From an uncultured Chloroflexia bacterium (GTDB taxonomy: Bacteria > Chloroflexota > Limnocylindria > Limnocylindrales > CSP1-4): a stretch of DNA of 64,000 nt. Below are positions 60,419-64,000 of this stretch, one piece after another. A program made the position numbers and the translations under genes. The number at the start of each line of letters is the position of its first letter. The stretch's first letter is position 1. The stretch spans positions 104,564 through 168,563 of the forward strand of contig CAVPJI010000010.1 of the NCBI GenBank assembly GCA_963705215.1, written 5' to 3'. The notes under the pieces were generated by a model. That model searched no databases and was not told the origin of the DNA. It saw only the letters and a list, made by a program, of their open reading frames with translations.

Positions 60419-62272
60419 TCACTGGTCGCCGAGCAGCTGCTCGGCCTTGGTCTCGATCTCGGCGATCGTGAAGGGCTTGCCGCGCACGAGGTTGAAGCCG
60501 AGCGCGTCGACGAGGAACTCCGCGCGGATGACGGTTCGCAGCTGGCCCAGGTTGACCTCCGGGATCAGCACGGTCCGGTAGCTGCGGAGAATGTCGCCGG
60601 TGTTGGCCGGGAACGGGTTCAGATGACGGAGGTGGGCGTGGGCCACCTTCTTCCCGCGCGCCTGCAGGCGTTCCACCGCGCTCCGGATGGGGCCGTAGGT
60701 GGAGCCCCAGCCCAGGATGAGCAGGTCACCCTCGGGCGGCCCAAGCACCTCGAGGGGCGCGATGTCCCCGACGATCCGGGCCACCTTCTCGGCGCGCAGG
60801 AGCGACATCCGGTGGTGGTTGTCGGGGTCGTAGCTGACCGTGCCCAGGCCGTCGAGCTTCTCGAGGCCACCGACACGGTGCTCCATCCCGGGCGTGCCGG
60901 GCACGACCCACGGCCGGGCGAGCGTCTCGGCGTCGCGGTCGTAGGGGTAGAACCCGGCAGCCTCCGTCCGGTTCGGGACATGGAGGTCCGGCAGGTCCTG
61001 CAGGCCGGGCAACATCCACGGCTCGGTGCCATTGGCCAGGAAGGCATCGGAGAGGTAGATGACGGGCGTCATGTACTTGAGGGCGATCCGCCAGGCCTCG
61101 ATCGCCATGTTGAAGCACTCGGCCGGCGAGGCTGGGGCGACGACCGGCACCGGCGACTCGCCGTTGCGCCCGTAGAGGGCCTGGAGGAGGTCCGACTGCT
61201 CGGTCTTGGTGGGCAGGCCGGTTGAGGGCCCGCCGCGCTGGACGTTGACGATGACGAGGGGCAGCTCCACCATCACGGCGAGGCCGATCATCTCGGCCTT
61301 GAGGGCCATCCCGGGGCCGGACGTGCCGGTGAGCCCGAGGGCGCCCCCGTACGAGGCGCCGATGGCCGCGCCGATGGCCGCAATCTCGTCCTCCGCCTGG
61401 AATGTCTTGATGCCGTAGCTCTTGTAGCCGGCGAGCTGGTGGAGGATGTCGGTGGCCGGCGTGATCGGGTAGGTCGAATAGACCAGGGGACGGCCCGAGA
61501 GGGCCGAGGCGGCGACGCAGCCCAGGGCCGTGGCCTCGTTGCCGGTCACGTTGCGGTAGGTGCCGGGCGCCAGGTGGGCCGACGGGACGTCGTACCGGGT
61601 GTGGAAGATCTCAGTGGTCTCCCCGAAGGCGTAGCCCGCGTGGAGGGCGCGCCGGTTCGCCTCGGCGACGACGGCACGGGAGCCGAACTTCTCCTCGATC
61701 CAGCGGAGAGTCGGGTCCATGCTTCGTTCGAACAGCCAGAACATGACACCGAGGGCGAAGAAGTTCTTGGTGAGGTCGACCTGCTTCGCGGTCATGTCGA
61801 GGCCCTCGAGGGCCCGCGCGTTGAGCGTGGTGACGGGGATCTCGAAGACCCTGTAGGGCTTGAGGGACCCGTCGCCGAGGGGATTGCCCGCGTAGCCGGC
61901 CTTGGCCAGGTTCGGCGGCGTGAAGGCGTCGCTGTTGACGATGATCGCGCCGCCCTGGACCAGGTCCTTCACGTTCGTCCGGAGCGCCGCCGGGTTCATG
62001 GCGACTAGAACGTCGGGTGCGTCACCCGGCGTGTGGATGTCACTGGAGCTGAAGCTGATCTGGAAGCCGGAGACGCCAGGGAGCGAGCCTGCCGGCGCCC
62101 GGATCTCGGCCGGGTAGTCGGGCAGGGTGCTGATGTCGTTGCCGAAGACGGCGGCCGCCCGGGTGAACTGCGTGCCGGTCAGTTGCATCCCGTCGCCGGA
62201 GTCGCCGGCGAACCGGATTGTGACGCGGTCAAGCTCCTGGACCGGCACCTCGTGGGTCTTCGTGGTCGTCAC
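60419..62272 (-). CDS. korA: 2-oxoglutarate:ferredoxin oxidoreductase alpha subunit (fused gamma+alpha domains; actinobacterial KorA type).
   Basis: RFAGDSGDGMQLTG (gamma-like) …YPITPATDIL…GTSGPGMALK (alpha). GTG start preceded by GGAGGA. The ORF could also begin at the ATG at 62311. Confidence 0.85.
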   Translation of the reverse strand: MTTTKTHEVPVQELDRVTIRFAGDSGDGMQLTGTQFTRAAAVFGNDISTLPDYPAEIRAPAGSLPGVSGFQISFSSSDIHTPGDAPDVLVAMNPAALRTNVKDLVQGGAIIVNSDAFTPPNLAKAGYAGNPLGDGSLKPYRVFEIPVTTLNARALEGLDMTAKQVDLTKNFFALGVMFWLFERSMDPTLRWIEEKFGSRAVVAEANRRALHAGYAFGETTEIFHTRYDVPSAHLAPGTYRNVTGNEATALGCVAASALSGRPLVYSTYPITPATDILHQLAGYKSYGIKTFQAEDEIAAIGAAIGASYGGALGLTGTSGPGMALKAEMIGLAVMVELPLVIVNVQRGGPSTGLPTKTEQSDLLQALYGRNGESPVPVVAPASPAECFNMAIEAWRIALKYMTPVIYLSDAFLANGTEPWMLPGLQDLPDLHVPNRTEAAGFYPYDRDAETLARPWVVPGTPGMEHRVGGLEKLDGLGTVSYDPDNHHRMSLLRAEKVARIVGDIAPLEVLGPPEGDLLILGWGSTYGPIRSAVERLQARGKKVAHAHLRHLNPFPANTGDILRSYRTVLIPEVNLGQLRTVIRAEFLVDALGFNLVRGKPFTIAEIETKAEQLLGDQ

Positions 62273-62442
62273 GGGACCTCGCGATCCTCCTGGGTCTCGA
62301 AGCCGGCGCATCGGCGGGATCAGCGCGGCGCGGGCCGGTCCAGCAAGGGTACCGCAGGTGCCGACCGGCGTCCGGGCGCGGATGGCGGGCGTGATCGCAG
62401 GGGCCCCGAGAGGTACCCCGGCTTTGCTAGGCTCCGGGGCAC

Positions 62443-63405
62443 ATGGATCATCGCCGGTTGCTGGGCGTGGCCCTTGCGGCCGTCTCGGCATGCGGCTACG
62501 GGTCCGGCGCCCTGTTCGCCAAGAGCGTCTACGGGGCAGGGATCGACTGGCTCGCCCTGCTCTACTGGCAATTCCTGATCGCGGGGGCCATCGTCTGGGC
62601 GTGGACGCTCCTGATGAGCGACAACCGCGCGGCGCTCCGGGCCCTGCCCCGGCGGCGGGTCATCGCCCTGCTCGGGCTCGGGGCGTTCTTCGTGGGCAAC
62701 GCCTCGACCTACTACGCCTCGCTGCAGTACGTCTCGGCGTCCCTGGCCGCACTCATCGTCTACATCTACCCGGCGCTCGTCGCCGTCCTGTCGATCCGCT
62801 GGGGCCACGGCCTGCAGGGTCGGCGACCATGGCTGGCCCTCGCCCTCGTGACCTTCGGAGTCGTCCTCACCATCGGCGGCATCGAGACCGAGGCGGATCC
62901 CGTCGGGCTGGTCCTGATCGTCGCCTCGCCGATCATCTACTCCGTCTACATCATCCTCGCAGCCCGGCTGGCCGGTGAGCGGCGCGGCGAGACGGCCGCC
63001 TCGCGGACGGGCGGCGCCGGTGCGGAGACGCGGCCGGCGGTCGCTTCGGCCCTCATGATCAGCGGCACGTTCGGGATCGTTGCCGTCCTCGCGGTGGCGG
63101 CGGGGGAGCCGGTCCTTCCCGCCCAGGTCCCGACCGACGCCTGGCTCGGGCTGCTGGGTATCGCGATCTTCTCCACCGCCATCGCGATCTCCGCCTTCTA
63201 CGCTTCCACGGCGCGGATCGGGGCGGCCCAGACGGCCCTGGTCTCCACCGTGGAGCCGGTCTGGACGATCACGCTGGCCACCCTGTTCTTCGGCGAGTCG
63301 CTCGCTCCTGTTCAGCTGCTCGGGGGGGCGTTCGTCATCGGCGGGGTGATCCTGGCCCAGACGACCCCGGGCGGGACGGTGGACGTCGTGGTGGAGGAGG
63401 CCTGA
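62443..63405 (+). CDS. EamA/DMT-superfamily transporter (10 TM helices).
   Basis: Two EamA repeats and hydrophobic helices throughout. Confidence 0.8.
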   Translation: MDHRRLLGVALAAVSACGYGSGALFAKSVYGAGIDWLALLYWQFLIAGAIVWAWTLLMSDNRAALRALPRRRVIALLGLGAFFVGNASTYYASLQYVSASLAALIVYIYPALVAVLSIRWGHGLQGRRPWLALALVTFGVVLTIGGIETEADPVGLVLIVASPIIYSVYIILAARLAGERRGETAASRTGGAGAETRPAVASALMISGTFGIVAVLAVAAGEPVLPAQVPTDAWLGLLGIAIFSTAIAISAFYASTARIGAAQTALVSTVEPVWTITLATLFFGESLAPVQLLGGAFVIGGVILAQTTPGGTVDVVVEEA

Positions 63406-63516
63406 GATGCAGTGCGCGAGCGGGCGTGCGCCCGCGGGTCGCTCCTCGTGCGCGGGCGACGGCACGCGGGTTGACGCAGTCCCGTACAGTGCGCGGAACA
63501 TGCGGACGCACTGGGC

Positions 63517-64000
63517 TTGACTCCCTCACCTCCCGTACCTCCCTCACTCGGCGACTCGGAGGTCGAGACCGTCGCCGCGCGCGATGGAACGCCGCTCCTG
63601 ACGCGCTGGTGGCCGACGACCGGCGATCCGTGGGGCACGATCCTCGTCGTCCACGGGCTGGGTGAGCACTCGGGGCGCCACGACGCAACCGGGGGGCGTT
63701 TCGCCGCCGCCGGACTCGTCGCCACCTCCTACGACCATCGCGGCTTCGGCGCGTCGGGGGGACGACGCGGCCACGTCGACGAGTGGGACGACCTTCTCGA
63801 CGACGTCGAGGACCGGCTCGATGCCGACCGGTCCGACGGCCTCCCTGCGGCGATCTACGGCCACTCGCTCGGCGGACTCATCGTCGCCGACTACCTCCTC
63901 TCGGACCGGCCCCGGCCGGACGTCGCGGTCCTGTCTGCGCCGGCGCTCGGAGGCGGCAACGCGGTCCTGCGGACGCTCGCCGCGGGCCTTGCCCGCGTGC
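63517..64000 (+). CDS. Alpha/beta-hydrolase (lysophospholipase/monoacylglycerol lipase-like), 3' truncated by the window end. It has no ATG, so a TTG start is likely.
   Basis: In frame: …TPLLTRWWPTTGDPWGTILVVHGLGEHSGR…IYGHSLGGLIVADYL (the GHSLGG nucleophile elbow). This ORF is not in the track because it lacks an ATG. Confidence 0.5.
   Translation, partial: MTPSPPVPPSLGDSEVETVAARDGTPLLTRWWPTTGDPWGTILVVHGLGEHSGRHDATGGRFAAAGLVATSYDHRGFGASGGRRGHVDEWDDLLDDVEDRLDADRSDGLPAAIYGHSLGGLIVADYLLSDRPRPDVAVLSAPALGGGNAVLRTLAAGLARV

Overview
This is a 64-kb, very GC-rich (about 70% or more) bacterial chromosomal segment, and it looks actinobacterium-like. Supporting that: a tandem KasA/KasB-like fabF pair, two-subunit KorAB, a MarP-like CvpA-protease, an LLM oxidoreductase, a PT-linker lipoprotein and a Hanks kinase. 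It is mostly core metabolism with no recognisable rRNA, tRNA, CRISPR, transposase or phage genes. Main content: (i) a tungsten locus: tupABC, a tungsten-type aldehyde:ferredoxin oxidoreductase with an in-frame MoaD-like tail ending in GlyGly, and moeA. (ii) A long minus-strand amino-acid supraoperon ilvB-ilvN-ilvC-leuA-leuB-cimA-(standalone LeuA-regulatory-domain ORF)-pheA, plus leuCD and ilvD elsewhere. (iii) fabD-fabF-fabF with a divergent MarR and a perfect palindrome. (iv) korAB, followed by a receiver-only gene and an M24 peptidase. (v) Peptidases M28, S9, S8 and the MarP-like one; regulators XRE, MarR, Crp/Fnr, GAF and REC; CopA, Ogt, VapBC, an MFS-cNMP fusion, and GDT1/UPF0016. The most unusual observations are these. 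A dispersed repeat family of about 250-290 bp with palindromic TTGCG-N5-CGCAA ends has four copies; two near-identical copies directly flank an XRE regulator gene inserted between the tungsten enzyme and moeA. A 69-71 bp tandem repeat array (not a multiple of 3) lies inside a repeat-protein gene. Five genes show frame disruptions (yhdH, moeA with a clean 10-bp tandem duplication, M28 peptidase, copA, and the repeat protein). CopA has an extra C-terminal TM helix plus a Met-rich periplasmic domain. Coordinates I derived from reading the text may be off by 1-2 nt; CDS ends follow the ORF track.
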